Positions 37,128 to 47,539 of a stretch of DNA of 64,000 nucleotides are shown here, in pieces. Source of the stretch: an uncultured Verrucomicrobiae bacterium. Its GTDB lineage: Bacteria > Verrucomicrobiota > Verrucomicrobiia > Chthoniobacterales > JAFAMB01. How positions within the stretch are numbered: the first letter of the stretch is position 1; each line of letters starts with the position of its first letter. A program made the position numbers and the translations under genes. Location of the stretch: contig CAWEXO010000001.1 of the NCBI GenBank assembly GCA_963813025.1, positions 96,001-160,000 of the forward strand. Reading direction: 5' to 3'. The notes beneath the pieces are model-generated. The model did no database searches. It was not told the origin of the DNA and worked only from the letters and a program-made list of their open reading frames with translations.

Positions 37128-37970
37128 ATGTCTCCAACCAACACTCGTTCCCGCGTCCTCGCCATGCGCTGTCTCCGATCCGCGCCCGGCGCCTTTTGCG
37201 ATTATCATTCACATCCTTACCCGGAGTTCACGTTAGTAACTGACGATTCCACGTTAAACGGATGCGCCAGTGGAAAATTAACGTCGCTGCCAAACACGCT
37301 GTACCTTTTCTTGCCCGGAGAACCGCATGGGCACTGGAATTCAAGCCGCCAAACCCCGCGATTCTGGGTAATTCACTTCATTACACCGCTCTGCCAACAG
37401 CTCAGCTACTTGTCGGAACCGGATTCCGCCGCCCGCATTTGGCGCCTGACCGCCGAACAAGCTTCCACTTTCAAGTGGTTGTTCATCAAATTATTTAACG
37501 AGCATACCCAGGCTCTGGCCAACAATCATTTGGGCGCTGAAGCCTGGCTGCAACTCCTGCTGGTTAACCTGGGACGCTGGGTGAAAGGCGATCACAACCA
37601 GGAAATGTTGCCGCAACAACCCGATAATGACGTGCTCCACCTCTGGCACCTGGTGAATGAGTGCATCGGCCGCTCGAACGAATTTGTTCATCAGATCAGC
37701 CGGGTTCCTAACTACGACTCGGTCCGGCATCGGTTCAAAAACGTTTTCGGAGTGTCGCCCACGCAATTACTGGCTCGGTTACGCATACACCGAGCCAGCG
37801 ATCTGCTGCTCGATACGTCTATGAGCATCAAGGAGATCTCCGATCAGCTGGGTTATGAGCGACAGCATGAGTTCGCACGTGCCTTTCGGCGGCATACCGG
37901 GCGGAGTCCTACCGACTGGAGGACTGAACCATTTGCCGAGGACGTGTCCTTCAGTTCCAGGAATGGTTGA
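37128..37970 (+). CDS. AraC-family transcriptional regulator
   Basis: HSHPYPE cupin and SIKEISDQLGY..FARAFRRHTGRSP; start uncertain. Confidence 0.85.
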   Translation: MSPTNTRSRVLAMRCLRSAPGAFCDYHSHPYPEFTLVTDDSTLNGCASGKLTSLPNTLYLFLPGEPHGHWNSSRQTPRFWVIHFITPLCQQLSYLSEPDSAARIWRLTAEQASTFKWLFIKLFNEHTQALANNHLGAEAWLQLLLVNLGRWVKGDHNQEMLPQQPDNDVLHLWHLVNECIGRSNEFVHQISRVPNYDSVRHRFKNVFGVSPTQLLARLRIHRASDLLLDTSMSIKEISDQLGYERQHEFARAFRRHTGRSPTDWRTEPFAEDVSFSSRNG

Positions 37971-38082
37971 CTTTTCCGACCCAGCGACATGATTTTCCGG
38001 ACCGGCTAAAGCCCAGTACTCTCAACGACTTTAATTTTTGCTGAACGCGGCAGTGCAAATAGCCAGCCGCGGTTCGAACATC

Positions 38083-39006
38083 ATGAGAACAGCTATTCTG
38101 GGGGCCGGAGCGATGGGCAGCGTCATTGGCGGACTTTTGGCGCAAGCGGGCGATGATGTCGTCTTAATCGATGTAGCCCAGCCGCTCGTCGACGCGATCC
38201 GGGCGAACGGGTTGACTCTCCAAAACAAAGACGGCCGGCAAACCACAGTGCGGATCTCTGCGACCACCGATCTTGCCGCGGTCGGTCCCGTTGATCTTCT
38301 GATCGTCTTTGTAAAATGTTACCACACGGAGGCCGCCGTCCGCAGCGCCGGGCCGCTCCTGAAAGCGGACACCATTGTTCTCTCGCTACAAAATGGTTGG
38401 GGAAATGCTCCCCGGATTGCGGCGATTGTCGGGGAAGAGCGGCTTCTGATCGGCGTTAGTTACCACAGCGCGACTGTGCTTGGTCCGGCAGCGGTGTTAC
38501 ATGGCGGTCACGGCCCAACATTCCTTGGAGAGATTAATGGATCAGTTAGTTCCCGGGCGGAAGCCGTTGCTCAATTTCTCTCTTCGGCCAGCATTAAAAC
38601 CCAGGCATCCGATGATGTGCTCAAAGAGATCTGGTCTAAACTGGCTTTGAATGTCGCCACTTTGCCGGCTTCGGCGCTGACCGGTCTGACCGCGGAAAAA
38701 TTGCTGGGGTCGCCGGAGATGCGCGAACTGATGCAGGTTCTTTTGCGTGAGGTAGTGGCGGTAGCAGGTTCGCAAAAAATTTCGCTCGGCTTCCAAGAAC
38801 GCTGGGAGGCGATCACCGGCTTACTCGGACGTTTGGCTCCAAATACAAAAGGCTCCATGTTTCAGGACGTCGAGCGCCGCCGCCGCACAGAAATTGATGT
38901 CATCAACGGCGCTGTGGTTGCCGTCGGCCAGGAGCAGAATATACCAACACCGGCCAACGAAGTGATGGTTCAGTTGATCAAAGCGTTGGAAACAACCTTC
39001 GGTTGA
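38083..39006 (+). CDS. panE: Ketopantoate reductase family protein
   Basis: ILGAGAMG, FVK, LQNG, WSKL, SMFQD, TEIDVING. Confidence 0.85.
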   Translation: MRTAILGAGAMGSVIGGLLAQAGDDVVLIDVAQPLVDAIRANGLTLQNKDGRQTTVRISATTDLAAVGPVDLLIVFVKCYHTEAAVRSAGPLLKADTIVLSLQNGWGNAPRIAAIVGEERLLIGVSYHSATVLGPAAVLHGGHGPTFLGEINGSVSSRAEAVAQFLSSASIKTQASDDVLKEIWSKLALNVATLPASALTGLTAEKLLGSPEMRELMQVLLREVVAVAGSQKISLGFQERWEAITGLLGRLAPNTKGSMFQDVERRRRTEIDVINGAVVAVGQEQNIPTPANEVMVQLIKALETTFG

Positions 39007-39047
39007 GCGATGACAAACGGGTTTAGTCACAAAGTCAATGCGTGTTC

Positions 39048-39205
39048 TGGAGTGCGTGCGACTTGTCGCCGCTTTGAGACCGCGCGGAGCGCGGCCCTTA
39101 ACCAAGGTAGTCTTTTGGTTAGCGAACTCGACACTTCGTGGTCCCGTCTTCGGCCTGACGCGCGCTCCGCGGATCCTAAAGCGGCGACAAGTCGCACGCA
39201 CTCCA
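39048..39205. repeat. REP doublet with perfect 28-bp inverted arms (GGAGTGCG type)
   Basis: TGGAGTGCGTGCGACTTGTCGCCGCTTT (39048-39075) and its exact reverse complement (39178-39205). Confidence 0.9.
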
Positions 39206-39212
39206 TAACTCC

Positions 39213-39980
39213 ATGACTCCTACTATTCGTTTTTTCGGGGTAGCCGCTTACGAGTTGGTTAGTTCGACTGGCAAACGCATTCTGATTGACCCCTTTCTGG
39301 ACGATAATCCAGGCAGTCCGGTTGGCTCCACGGAGTTGGCAAACCCAGATCTCATCCTGGTCTCTCATGCCGCCTTCGATCACCTGGGAGATACCGAGCA
39401 GATCGCGCATCGGACGGGAGCGCCGGTCGTGTGTGGCGGCGAGGTCAAGGCATACCTGATGGCCAAGGGAATCGCACCGGAGCAGATCCGTGCCACGACC
39501 TGGGGAATTGCGGTTGAGGTGAATGGCATAAAGGTGCAACCGGTTGAATGCCACCACTGGTCGCAGATCAAAATGCCGGATGGAACTTTTGCCAGCGGCG
39601 TTCCGATGGCTTTCATCGTCGAACTCGCTCCGGACGTTCGGTTTTATCATTACGGCGATACCGCAATCTTTTCGGATCTGAAGCTTCAGGCCGAGCTTTA
39701 CCAGCCCACGATTGGTTGCATCGGGATCGCCAATCCGCTGGAGATTTTGCCGCGCAACCCGATGCCGGGTCGCATGATCAGCGCAGAGATGAATCCGCGA
39801 GAGGGGGCGCTAGCCGCCCAGTGGCTCGGCCTGCAGACAGTATTTCCCTGTCATTATGTCGATCCGAGTTGTCCCGAAATTAATGAGTTCCACGATCACC
39901 TTGCCCGGGCACAAGCCGGCGGAGCCACTGTTCCGGTCTCAGTCGTTCTCAAACCGGGGCAAACATTTGCGCTCAAATGA
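39213..39980 (+). CDS. Metallo-beta-lactamase-fold hydrolase (UPF0173-like)
   Basis: ILIDPFL, VSHAAFDHLGD, YHYGDT, PCHY. Confidence 0.85.
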   Translation: MTPTIRFFGVAAYELVSSTGKRILIDPFLDDNPGSPVGSTELANPDLILVSHAAFDHLGDTEQIAHRTGAPVVCGGEVKAYLMAKGIAPEQIRATTWGIAVEVNGIKVQPVECHHWSQIKMPDGTFASGVPMAFIVELAPDVRFYHYGDTAIFSDLKLQAELYQPTIGCIGIANPLEILPRNPMPGRMISAEMNPREGALAAQWLGLQTVFPCHYVDPSCPEINEFHDHLARAQAGGATVPVSVVLKPGQTFALK

Positions 39981-40978
39981 AGGCCGCGATCTTCGATGCC
40001 CCTTTCCAAATGCATGTCGGATTCTGGGATAATCCGGAGCCGGGTCCTGGCGAGGTGGTTCTGGCCGTGGAAGCGGCCGGGATCTGCGCGGGCGATTTCT
40101 ATATCTACACCGGCAAGAACCCGTACACCCAGTATCCGTTGATCGGCGGTCACGAAGTTTGCGGCAGAGTAGTCAAATTCGGCTCCGCTGCGACCAGGTT
40201 TTCACACGGACAGCTGGTCGTGATCGAGCCATTTCTTGCCTGCGGGAAATGTTACCCCTGTCGCGTGGGTAAACCGAATTGCTGCGCGAACATGCGCATC
40301 ATCGGAGTGCATCAACCTGGCGGATACGCGGAGTTTGTCGTTGCACCAGAGACTCATCTGCACCCGGTGCCGACCGGCGTCTCCGCGCTCCGCGCTTCTT
40401 TTGCCGAGCCAATTACCATTGGGATCCATGCCTGCCGGCGGGGAGAGATTGCCAATCGCGACTATGTCCTGATTTTGGGCTGTGGACCTATCGGCCTGGC
40501 GATCATCGAGATAGCGCTGCTGCGAGGCGCGCGGGTCGTCGCCGCGGACGTGATCGAGTCGCGCCTAACGATGGCTGAAAGGCTGGGAGCGGAAACAATT
40601 TTTTCGGATGAGCACCTGCTGGAAAAAGCCCTGCAACAAACCAACGGAGAAGGCGCGTCGGTCGTGGTGGAAGCAACCGGGAATCTCAAGGTCATGGAAG
40701 CGACAGTCGATCTCGTCGCCGCCGGCGGGCGGATCGTGATCGTCGGGTTGGTGGCAAAAGGTTTGCAAGTCAGCTTCCCCGGACTCGATTTCACTCGCAA
40801 AGAACTGTCGATCCTGGGTTCCCGAACAGAAACAAATTGTTTTCCGGAAGCGCTCGCTTTGTTGGCCGGCCGCCGGATCAACTATCCGGATGTCGCCTCT
40901 GCCTTTGATCTCTGGTCCGCCCCCAGCGTGTTCGCGGAGATGTCCCAGGATCCCGGCAAAATCCACAAGGGAGTGCCT
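39977..40978 (+). CDS. Zn-dependent dehydrogenase (sorbitol/L-idonate type); reads in frame into the next gene
   Basis: GICAGD, GHE, CGKCYPC...C, ILGCGPIG. There is no stop before the FAH start. Confidence 0.85.
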
Positions 40979-41852
40979 ATGCGCTTCTACAGCTTCCTGA
41001 TCAAGGAGACACCTCACTACGGGGTCGAACTTCCCGGCGGCAAACAGGTGCTGGATCTGACCGCGGCCCATGGTCTGCCGCGTACTCTGCTCGAATTTGT
41101 CGCGAACTCTCCGGATACAAGCCGCATGGCGGCTGAACTAATTCACCGGCGCCGGGCAAGTGACCATGCTCATTTTCTTGATGAAGTGGAGCTCCTTGGG
41201 CCAATTTCGCGACCAGGAAAAATCCTCTGTTCCGGAATCAACTACCGCTCCCATCAACAGGAAAATCCCGAGAGCGGTGTTGCCGGATGAGCCTTTCTTT
41301 TTTGCGAAGCTTCCGTCTACCGTGATTGGGTCCGGGCAACCGATTATCTTACCGCGGCGCTCACGGGAAGTGGACTACGAGATCGAGTTCGCGGTCGTGA
41401 TCGGGAAGACGATGGCCGCGGTACCTAAAACCGCGGTCATGGAGCATATCTTCGGCTATACGATCCTCGACGACGTCTCAGCCCGAGACGTTCAGTTTCG
41501 TAACAACCAGATCACGCTGGGTAAGAATTTCGACACGTTCTGTCCGCTTGGTCCGTGCATCGTTTCGGCAGACGAAATCATTCATCCTGACCAGATCGGG
41601 CTGCGGACATTGCTGAACGGGAAAGTGATGCAGGACGGCTCAACGGCAGATTGGTTGTTCAGTCTGCCGCAATTGCTCAGCTTTCTGTCCGAAACAATTA
41701 CCCTGGAACCTGGAGATATCGTTAGTACGGGTACCCCGGCCGGCGTCGGCGCATTTCGTCATCCGCCGGTTTTTTTGCGGCCCGGCGACGTTGTCCGGTT
41801 GGAAGCCGACCAGATCGGGGTTCTTGAGAATGCCGTGGAGCAGGCCCGATGA
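40979..41852 (+). pseudogene. Fumarylacetoacetate hydrolase family protein, frameshifted near 41267
   Basis: MRFYSF...KILCSGINYRSH in one frame; PFFFAK, VDYEIE, DDVSARD, GKNFDTF and TGTPAGVG in another. Confidence 0.8.
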
Positions 41853-42040
41853 CGGCTAAGCCGATCGCAAATCACAAATCGCAAACTTAACCTCGTGAAT
41901 CTCCTGCTGGGATCCGAGCGCGTTAATTCCTGCGATTAGCAGCGCGATTGAAGCAGGCATCCCAGTGGTGTGTGTCGATGCGATGTCCCTAACAGTAAAC
42001 GCTTTTCCTGTTTGACGTGTCCGCCATAGCCGCAATCAAA

Positions 42041-42116
42041 TGGTCAAGCGGGAGCTTGCCCCTACCGACCTCGGGGGTTGCGGGACAAGCTTTAAATTCT
42101 CACCCTACCGGCACAG
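42041..42116 (-). repeat. GTAG REP pair (reverse orientation)
   Basis: GGTCAAGCGGGAGCTTGCCCCTAC...AATTCTCACCCTACCGGCACAG. Confidence 0.8.
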
Positions 42117-42149
42117 AACCAGCGATACGACACGTTGTAAGGCAGCCTC

Positions 42150-42638
42150 TTATTCCTGGTCGTAGGCCCGCTGTAAGCCTTCGATGTTCAGTTTATCCAT
42201 CTTCAGCATCGCCTGCATGACGCGGTTGGCTTTCGCGGCGTCTTCGTCCTGCAACAACTTGCCGAGAATAGACGGGACCACTTGCCAGGTCACACCGTAT
42301 TTGTCTGTCAGCCAACCGCATTGTCGCTTTCTTCCGCCCTCGGAAAGCCTCTCCCACAGGTCGTCGACCTCGTCTTGAGTCTCACAGTTCACAAAGAAGG
42401 AGATGGCCTCCGAAAAGCTGAATTCAGGGCCGCCGTTCAGAGCAAAGAATTCCTGCCCATCGAGCTCGAAGATCACCGACATGACCGTGCCCGGTGTTCC
42501 GGGACCCGCATCGCCATAATGGCTAACGCTCACAATCTTCGAATTTTTGAAGACCGAAACATAAAAGGCGGCCGCCTCTTCGGCCTGGTCGTCGAACCAC
42601 AGGAACGGGGTGATTTTTTGTCGCTTATTCATCTTCAT
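42150..42638 (-). CDS. VOC / PhnB-like (3-demethylubiquinone-9 3-methyltransferase family) protein
   Basis: KITPFLWFDDQAEEAA, ALNGGP, CGWLTDKYGVTWQ. Confidence 0.9.
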   Translation of the reverse strand: MKMNKRQKITPFLWFDDQAEEAAAFYVSVFKNSKIVSVSHYGDAGPGTPGTVMSVIFELDGQEFFALNGGPEFSFSEAISFFVNCETQDEVDDLWERLSEGGRKRQCGWLTDKYGVTWQVVPSILGKLLQDEDAAKANRVMQAMLKMDKLNIEGLQRAYDQE

Positions 42639-42769
42639 TTTCCGATTTGTTTCCAAACAAGTTCGTTGATCGTTTCTAAAGGCCAAATCGAGGTGACGAA
42701 GGTCAATAACCTGGGGGCCGGCGAAACCCGCCGGTTATCGGTGACAGGGCATAGGCGGTTGCGAGAAGC

Positions 42770-42934
42770 CCGGGCCAGAGCTCTTTCGGCATCGATGATG
42801 ACGACCGCGTTCAGCGCCTGATTGTGTTTTTCGATCTGGATCAAATGGGCCTGCAAAACCTCCACTGCCGAGATCTGCCTTGCCCGGATCGACGCCGCCA
42901 ACTCGATCGTACTGGAGACTACCGGATCCGTCAT
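42770..42934 (-). pseudogene. N-terminal remnant of an amidase-signature protein
   Basis: ELAASIRARQISAVEV..AHL..I..HNQALNAVV..DAERALARA, then similarity is lost. Confidence 0.7.
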
Positions 42935-43034
42935 CTTTGCTCTGCCCTGCCTTTTCCTTGTTTTCCACGTCCTCTGACAAGAAACCTTCTTGTTCTCTTT
43001 CGGAAGGACTGACAGAGGACCGGCTTACTGGGCC

Positions 43035-43320
43035 TGTCGGACTTTGAGTTATCTGTGGCCCACGCGATTGAGCTATGGTTCGGAAGGGAGGTTAGAGACT
43101 TGTTCCAACGCATCTTTGATCCTGTGTCGGTAGGGCGAAAACTTGTTTGAGCCGCCTGGAGCGGGTGGCTCACCCCAGCGTCCGGCTCAAACAAGTTCTC
43201 GCTAATGCTCGAATAAATTTTTGCCCTACCGGCACAGGACAGTACGGCACTCTGAGACCATCTCTAACTTTCGCGCGGGCAATCCCTCGATGGCGTACCG
43301 CAGATTCCCAAAGTCCGACA
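43035..43320. mobile_element. Nested MITE/REPIN-like element, copy 1
   Basis: Outer TIR TGTCGGACTTTG/CAAAGTCCGACA with an inner GTAGGGC...GCCCTAC cassette; homologous to 48351-48661. Confidence 0.8.
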
Positions 43321-43482
43321 CGCCCTTACTGGCGGGGTTCATTGTTTCGACGTATTGACACCGTCCGGTCAGGACATTGTTTGCCATCTTTTTTGCGGAA
43401 AAAAATCCTGACTTGACATGTCACGGAGCCGGCGAGATTCGCTCGGAGTCGTGGCGAAGCTCGCCGAAAAACGAGATGGAAA

Positions 43483-44249
43483 AATGATCGCTGTGCAAAA
43501 CTTTCAAGCTGCACTGGCAGTGCTCCTTTTCGGAATGGCCGCCCCTGTCATCGGTCAGCAACCAGTCGACAAAAGCGCGCCGAACGATCGTAACACGGAC
43601 TTGCAGTTCGACTTTTCAGTCACGAATACCGGGAAACGAGGGACTTATCGGATTATCCGGCTGGATACTGGCGAGACTTTGGCGACGGGATTAGTTGGGC
43701 GAGACGTTTCGCCACATACGACCTTGCTGAACGAATTTAAGGCTGCGGGTCTGCCTGCGCGTACACCTGTGATCATTCAGGTCCGAGGTGCCGACGGGTC
43801 ATGGTCGACCGTGGACAGTATCGAAGTCCATTATCCTCCGGAGCCGAGCGACTCCCAACGGTATCTCAGATGACGCCGGCTATCGTGGGAACTTTAAAGT
43901 GCCCGATCTTTCCACACCATCCCCTACGCCTGCCGCCAGTCCAAGTCCGAATCCTAGCGCTACTCCCAGTCCAAGTCCGAATCCTAGCGCTACTCCCAAT
44001 CCAAGTCCGAATCCTAGCGCTACTCCTGTTCCAAAGCGTACCAGTGCCGCCTCACAACCCCGTGAATCGGCGATCCGAGCACAAAACGGGACAAATGCGA
44101 ACGCCAATACAGGTTCACATTTGGGCCCAGGCCCTGTTCGCTACGGCTCAGATGAAGAGGTTGTCTCGCAACATGGCCTCGACCCTGCTCCGGTAGGCGA
44201 AAATTTATCCGACGTGTTCGCCGAAGCTTTAGCGGAAGAGAAGCCTTAG
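43483..44249 (+). CDS. Secreted protein with a Pro/Ser/Thr-rich linker, apparently frameshifted near 43850-43870
   Basis: Signal peptide MIAVQNFQAALAVLLFGMAAPVIG; the second frame carries PSPSPNPSAT repeats. Confidence 0.5.
43936..44026 (+). repeat. 30-bp coding tandem repeat x3
   Basis: CCAGTCCAAGTCCGAATCCTAGCGCTACTC x3. Confidence 0.9.
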
Positions 44250-44320
44250 CGAGGAGTCGTTTGAGCCGGATATACGGGATGTGCCACACCTCCAAGATGG
44301 CTCAAACAAGTTCTCGCTGA
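44247..44320. repeat. Isolated REPIN inner core
   Basis: AGCGAGGAGTCGTTTGAGCC...GGCTCAAACAAGTTCTCGCT. Confidence 0.75.
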
Positions 44321-44448
44321 CGCTTGTCCGCCAAGGCGGATCGCCCTACCAGCACAAAGCCAAAGAATGTTCCGAGACGCTCTTTGAATTCTTCGCCTGG
44401 CAATTCCCGCCGCAGAACCCGCTCCCTCCCGTTCCACCGCTCGCCTTC

Positions 44449-45453
44449 CTACTTCGCTCGTTTCAGTGCGAGCCGGCAGATTTCTTCGCAAAGCTGCGGG
44501 AAAGGAATTCCGACCGCCGCTGCTGACTTCGGGAGTAAGCTGGTCGCGGTCATACCAGGAAGCGTATTCGCTTCGAGACACCAGATTGCACCTTTGGGAT
44601 CGAGTCGAAAATCGATCCGACTATAGTCTCGCAGCTTCAGTGCCCGATGCGCCCGCAGCGCTATTTCCTGAAAACGGCTCGTGAGTTGTTCCGAAATATC
44701 TGCGGGGAAAATCTCAATAGCGCCGTCCGGTTGATATTTGCTCTCGTAATCGAAAATCTCGGATCTGGTTGGCACTATTTCGCCGACCGCCAAAGCGCGT
44801 TCACCCAGGATCCCAACCGTAAATTCGCGTCCCGGCACAAACGATTCCAGAATGACCTCGTTGTCGTGACGGTAGGCTTCGTCGATCGCGGGCAGACATT
44901 GATCAAGCGCCCGAACGATGGTGAGGCCCACCGTCGACCCCTGCTTGTTCGGCTTTACAACCAATGGCAAGTCCAGACAGGCGATCGCTTTGGCTGGATC
45001 GACCGGCGCCATCAGCCAGCGCGGTGTCGCGACATCGGCGGCAAGGAACAGCCTTTTCGCCAGGTCCTTGTCCATCGCAGCCGCGCTGCCGACCTGGTCG
45101 CTTCCGGTGTAGAGAACCCCGGCCGCGTTGAAGACGGCCTGGATCGTCCCATCCTCACCGGCCCCGCCGTGCAGGGCAAGGAACACGACGTCCGCGTCCA
45201 CAAAATAAGATGGTTGCACGATCGCGCCGGTCTTCGCCCGGATCACTTGCAACTCCCCTTCGGTCGGCGGTTCCGGAGCGACTCCCTGAGAAAGCAAAAT
45301 TTCCTGGGCTTTCTCATCGAGAACACCGCGGTAAGTGTCGACCGCCAGAACCTGGTGCCCACCTTCGCGCAAGGCCTTTGCCACCTGTCCCCCGCTGGCA
45401 ATCGAGACATCCCGTTCCGAACTGTTTCCGCCAAAAAGTACTGCGACTTTCAT
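44449..45453 (-). CDS. ddl: D-alanine--D-alanine ligase
   Basis: GGNSSER, LHGGAGEDG, MDK, GSTVG, FDYESKY, EANTLPGMT. Confidence 0.92.
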   Translation of the reverse strand: MKVAVLFGGNSSERDVSIASGGQVAKALREGGHQVLAVDTYRGVLDEKAQEILLSQGVAPEPPTEGELQVIRAKTGAIVQPSYFVDADVVFLALHGGAGEDGTIQAVFNAAGVLYTGSDQVGSAAAMDKDLAKRLFLAADVATPRWLMAPVDPAKAIACLDLPLVVKPNKQGSTVGLTIVRALDQCLPAIDEAYRHDNEVILESFVPGREFTVGILGERALAVGEIVPTRSEIFDYESKYQPDGAIEIFPADISEQLTSRFQEIALRAHRALKLRDYSRIDFRLDPKGAIWCLEANTLPGMTATSLLPKSAAAVGIPFPQLCEEICRLALKRAK

Positions 45454-45512
45454 CGCGCGCAGTTTGAGTTACGATCGGCCGAGAGAAAGCAGAAAAGCGC
45501 CCCGAGTTGCGG

Positions 45513-45670
45513 GTCCCGAGTCCCGAGTGGCGAGTCCCGAGTCTCGGGTGGAGAGTCACGAGCAGCGAGCGGCGTGCTGTACCCTCCCGTCTTTTGTGGT
45601 TAGTTAGAAGGCATGCAGCATCGGATTGGCGACCCGGGACTCGGGACTAGAGACTCGAGACCCGGGACTC
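45513..45670. repeat. Heptamer arrays (GAGTCCC type, in opposite orientations)
   Basis: GAGTCCC variants at about 45513-45560 and GGGACTC variants at about 45628-45670. Confidence 0.7.
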
Positions 45671-45674
45671 TTCC

Positions 45675-46793
45675 ATGAAAGCTGCCGTCCTCGCCAAAGC
45701 TGGAGCCGCTCGGCCTTACGCCGAGTCGAAACCCTTGTGCATAACCGACGTAACGCTCGATGCGCCCCGGTTCGGCGAATTGCTTGTCCGGATCGAAGCG
45801 GTTGGCCTTTGTCATTCCGATCTCTCGGTCATCAATGGTGATCGCCCGTGGCCATTGCCGCTCGTTCTGGGTCATGAAGCGGCTGGACGCGTGGTCGAGT
45901 GCGGCTCAGAAGTGACTGCGTTTCGTCCGGGCGATCACGTTGTCCTGACCTTTGTCCCCTCGTGTGGCGCCTGCCCGTCGTGCGCCGCCGGTCGACCTGG
46001 ACTCTGCGAACCAGCGTTGACCGCCAACCGCGCGGGAACACTGCTTTCGGGCGAACGGCGCTTGCATCTCGGTGAAACAACCTTGAATCATCATATCGGC
46101 GTTTCGGGTTTTGCCGAGTATGCCGTCGTCTCCCAGCATTCCGCGGTGAAAGTGGATGAGGATTTGCCCAGCGCCGAAGCGGCTCTTTTCGGATGCGCGG
46201 TTTTGACCGGTGTCGGCGCGGTCATCAATACCGCTAAGGTACCCGCCGGTTCCTCGGTCGCCGTAGTCGGCCTCGGGGGAGTGGGGTTGAATGCGATTCT
46301 CGCCGCGTCATTGGTTGGCGCACGCACGATTATTGCCGTGGACATCAACCCCCAAAAACTGGCACTGGCCGCACAACTTGGCGCAACCAAAACATGGGCC
46401 GCCGGTCAACCGGACACTATCGCCGAGATTCGCGAGTTTACCGGCGGCGGCGTCGAATATGCCTTTGAGATGGCTGGCAGCAGCGCTGCATTAGAACTCG
46501 CGTATGCGATCACGCGACGCGGAGGCATGACCGTAACGGCTGGCCTTCCCCACCCGGATCAACGGTTCGCGCTCTCGCCGGCGATGCTGGTTGGCGAGGA
46601 ACGAACTCTCCGCGGGAGTTACATCGGCTCGGCGGTTCCCCTGCGTGATATTCCCCGCTACATCGCGCTCTATCGTCAAGGCAAACTGCCGGTGAACCGC
46701 ATCGTGACACGGCAACTGTCTCTGGAAGAGCTCAATGAAGGGTTCGATCAACTCGCCGAGGGCAAGGTCGCGCGGCAGGTGGCGGTGCTGTGA
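45675..46793 (+). CDS. Zn-dependent alcohol dehydrogenase (class III-like)
   Basis: LCHSD, GHE, CGACPSC...C, FGCAVLTG, VGLGGVG. Confidence 0.92.
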   Translation: MKAAVLAKAGAARPYAESKPLCITDVTLDAPRFGELLVRIEAVGLCHSDLSVINGDRPWPLPLVLGHEAAGRVVECGSEVTAFRPGDHVVLTFVPSCGACPSCAAGRPGLCEPALTANRAGTLLSGERRLHLGETTLNHHIGVSGFAEYAVVSQHSAVKVDEDLPSAEAALFGCAVLTGVGAVINTAKVPAGSSVAVVGLGGVGLNAILAASLVGARTIIAVDINPQKLALAAQLGATKTWAAGQPDTIAEIREFTGGGVEYAFEMAGSSAALELAYAITRRGGMTVTAGLPHPDQRFALSPAMLVGEERTLRGSYIGSAVPLRDIPRYIALYRQGKLPVNRIVTRQLSLEELNEGFDQLAEGKVARQVAVL

Positions 46794-46832
46794 GGCGGAG
46801 ACCAGTGCCGGTACCAGTTGGCAGCGAGAAGT

Positions 46833-46905
46833 GCAGGAGTTACAGGAGTTGCAGGAGTCGAAGGAGTCAGGAGGAGCCGGCCATCGGTCATCGGCCATCG
46901 CTCAT
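46833..46905. repeat. Nonamer (GGAGTTRCA) plus heptamer array
   Basis: Read directly; reverse complement of the 37040 unit. Confidence 0.75.
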
Positions 46906-46927
46906 TCCTTTTAGCGCGCTTTTGGCG

Positions 46928-47530
46928 CTAAAAGGCCAGGACCCCGCGAGCGATCGCTTCCGCAATCCGTTGGCGATAGGCCGGATTGAGCGCTCGCGCA
47001 GCTTCGGCGCGATTGGTTAGAAAACCACACTCGACCAGGACCGCCGGTAACCGGTTGCGCCGCAGCACCCAGAAACCGCGCCGCCGGATCCCGCGATCAA
47101 CGGTATTCATCGCACGGATGACCCTCGGATGAATCAGACCCGCCAGCCGATAAGATCGCGCGCTGTAATAGTAAGTCTCGATGCCGTAAGCGCTCTCCCG
47201 CGGCCCGGCGTTATAGTGAATCGACACAAACACACCACGCGGACCGCCATAAGCATTGGCGATGCCGGTGCGCTCGTCGAGCGTCACGAAGCGGTCAACC
47301 GAGCGAGTCATGATCGTCCGAACCTGGCCGGAGGCGCGCAAAATACGGTTCAGTCGAAGGGCGGTATCGAGCGTTAAATTTTTCTCGCCAATCCTCTGGC
47401 CGGGCATTCCGCCCCGATCGAATCCGCCATGACCCGGATCAATAACCACAACGCGTGGAATAGCCAGAGCCGCACCGTTGGTGAACAGCAGACAGAAGAA
47501 AACGGTGGACAACAAAACAGCTCGGACCAT
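46928..47530 (-). CDS. N-acetylmuramoyl-L-alanine amidase (Amidase_3)
   Basis: Signal peptide, IDPGHGG, EK, SIHYN, VLVECGF. Confidence 0.92.
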   Translation of the reverse strand: MVRAVLLSTVFFCLLFTNGAALAIPRVVVIDPGHGGFDRGGMPGQRIGEKNLTLDTALRLNRILRASGQVRTIMTRSVDRFVTLDERTGIANAYGGPRGVFVSIHYNAGPRESAYGIETYYYSARSYRLAGLIHPRVIRAMNTVDRGIRRRGFWVLRRNRLPAVLVECGFLTNRAEAARALNPAYRQRIAEAIARGVLAF

Positions 47531-47539
47531 GCGCGGATA

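Noticed and set aside
36960..37243. ORFs with SCN/LQE/SYR/GVT repeats (possible RiPP precursor or metal-binding peptide)
   Set aside because: They are translations of the intergenic nonamer array, open in several frames, with no modifying enzymes nearby.
41994..42010. GTAAACGCTTTTC as a LacI-family operator
   Set aside because: It is a weak palindrome between convergent genes, with no LacI regulator nearby.
43936..44026. 30-bp repeats as a CRISPR array
   Set aside because: The units are head-to-tail with no spacers, encode a PSPSPNPSAT linker, and no cas genes are nearby.
44449..45453. ddl as a van-type D-Ala-D-Lac ligase
   Set aside because: The omega loop has DYESKY (Tyr), and there is no vanH/vanX/vanRS context.
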